A DNA stretch of 64,000 bases from Octopus sinensis (lineage: Eukaryota), in assembly GCF_006345805.1 (NCBI RefSeq), contig NC_043020.1:19778001-19842000 (forward strand), written 5' to 3'. A model generated the notes under the pieces. The model saw only the letters and a list, made by a program, of their open reading frames with translations, did not search any database and was not told where the DNA came from. The position numbers and the translations under genes are program-made. Numbering within the stretch: position 1 is the first letter of the stretch; each line of letters starts with the position of its first letter. Below are positions 63,036 through 64,000 of the stretch, piece after piece.

Positions 63036-63304
63036 AACTGTTATTATGTATGTATATCAGAAAATGTACATAAGTTGAATAAATTTGTTGGCCTTTTATA
63101 GTTTTTTTTTTAATAACTGTTAATTTATATAATATTATGTTATATTATATTCATAGTATATTATGTAATATTATAATATAAATAAATTATTGGATTGTCA
63201 ATAGTATCTCTCTATTTAATTTATCTTTATATATATATATATATAGGTATTTAAATGTTTCTCAAAATATACATATACTTCATTTTAATGGTTGTGAAGA
63301 ATTG

Positions 63305-63750
63305 AAAGGATGTTGTACTTTAGGTGCAGGCATGTTGTGGTTAAGGAGATCGATTTGCATTCATGTGGTATCAGGTTCAGTACCACTGCATGGCACCTTG
63401 GGCAAGTGTCTTCTACTATGGCACCAGGTAGACCAATACTTTTGAAAGTGAATTTGAAGAATGGAAACTGTGCTAAAGCCTTATGTATGTATGTATGTTT
63501 GTATATGTGTGTGTATATATATATATACACACATGCACATATGTATGTGTGCTTGTGTGTCTGTCTTTGTGTTTGTGTTGACAACCAGTGTTGGTTTATG
63601 TCTCAGTAACTTCGTAGTTCAGCAAAATGACTGATAGAATAAATATCAGACTTAAAAAAATTAAGTGCTGGAGTAGAATTGTTCAACTAAACCCTGCAAG
63701 GTGGTGCCCCAGCATGGCTGCAGTCCAATGACTGAAACAAGTAAAAAAAA
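63305..63750 (+). mobile_element. Composite SINE (family of 239-630)
   Basis: tRNA-like head, 'ggcaccttgggcaagtgtcttctactat', microsatellite, tail 'gactgaaacaagtaaaa'. Confidence 0.8.
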
Positions 63751-64000
63751 CAATGGAAACAAGTAAGAAAACAAAAATATGAAGAAAAAAAGACCTTGAT
63801 AGCATTAGTGATTAAGTGTGGTCGAAGACAGGGGGAATAACTCCAAAATCGAAATCTATAAAAATTCAGAAGGGTTTTAGGGAATTTAAATTTATTTTTT
63901 ACCACTGGGTCAGCAAGGGCAGCACTCATTACCCTTAATTTTACAGAACTGCTGAGATAAGGTTTTGTGAGCACCAACTAGTAAAAATCAGAAGGAACAT

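Overview
AT-rich, repeat-dominated eukaryotic DNA. Its SINE, RTE, Tx1 and microsatellite content looks like an octopod cephalopod (Octopus) genome; this is inferred from the repeats, not proven. All coordinates and alignments were done by eye. The one unambiguous protein-coding ORF is an intronless 335-aa STI1/HOP (STIP1)-like gene at 51246-52253 (+). It has only TPR2A-TPR2B-DP2, keeps the Hsp90-binding clamp of TPR2A, and has lost 3 of 5 clamp residues in TPR2B. Upstream of it lie a near-perfect RFX X-box and a candidate 5'-UTR intron. Two unidentified multi-exon minus-strand genes can be pieced together from phase-compatible exons (about 62.8 to 58 kb behind an ETS-CRE/TATA promoter motif; about 42.6 to 27 or 7 kb). 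The rest is transposon material: a near full-length Penelope-like element (18.7-25.4 kb) with direct pLTRs each carrying a variant hammerhead-ribozyme core, several fossil hammerhead cores, RTE, Tx1 and CR1-like LINE relics, mariner and maT (DD37D) elements, a fragmented Helitron, TTAA MITEs, many SINEs, and two unusual fold-back elements (one with a telomeric-repeat loop, one around a microsatellite-bearing tandem array). Most ORFs in the supplied track are microsatellite or TE artefacts.
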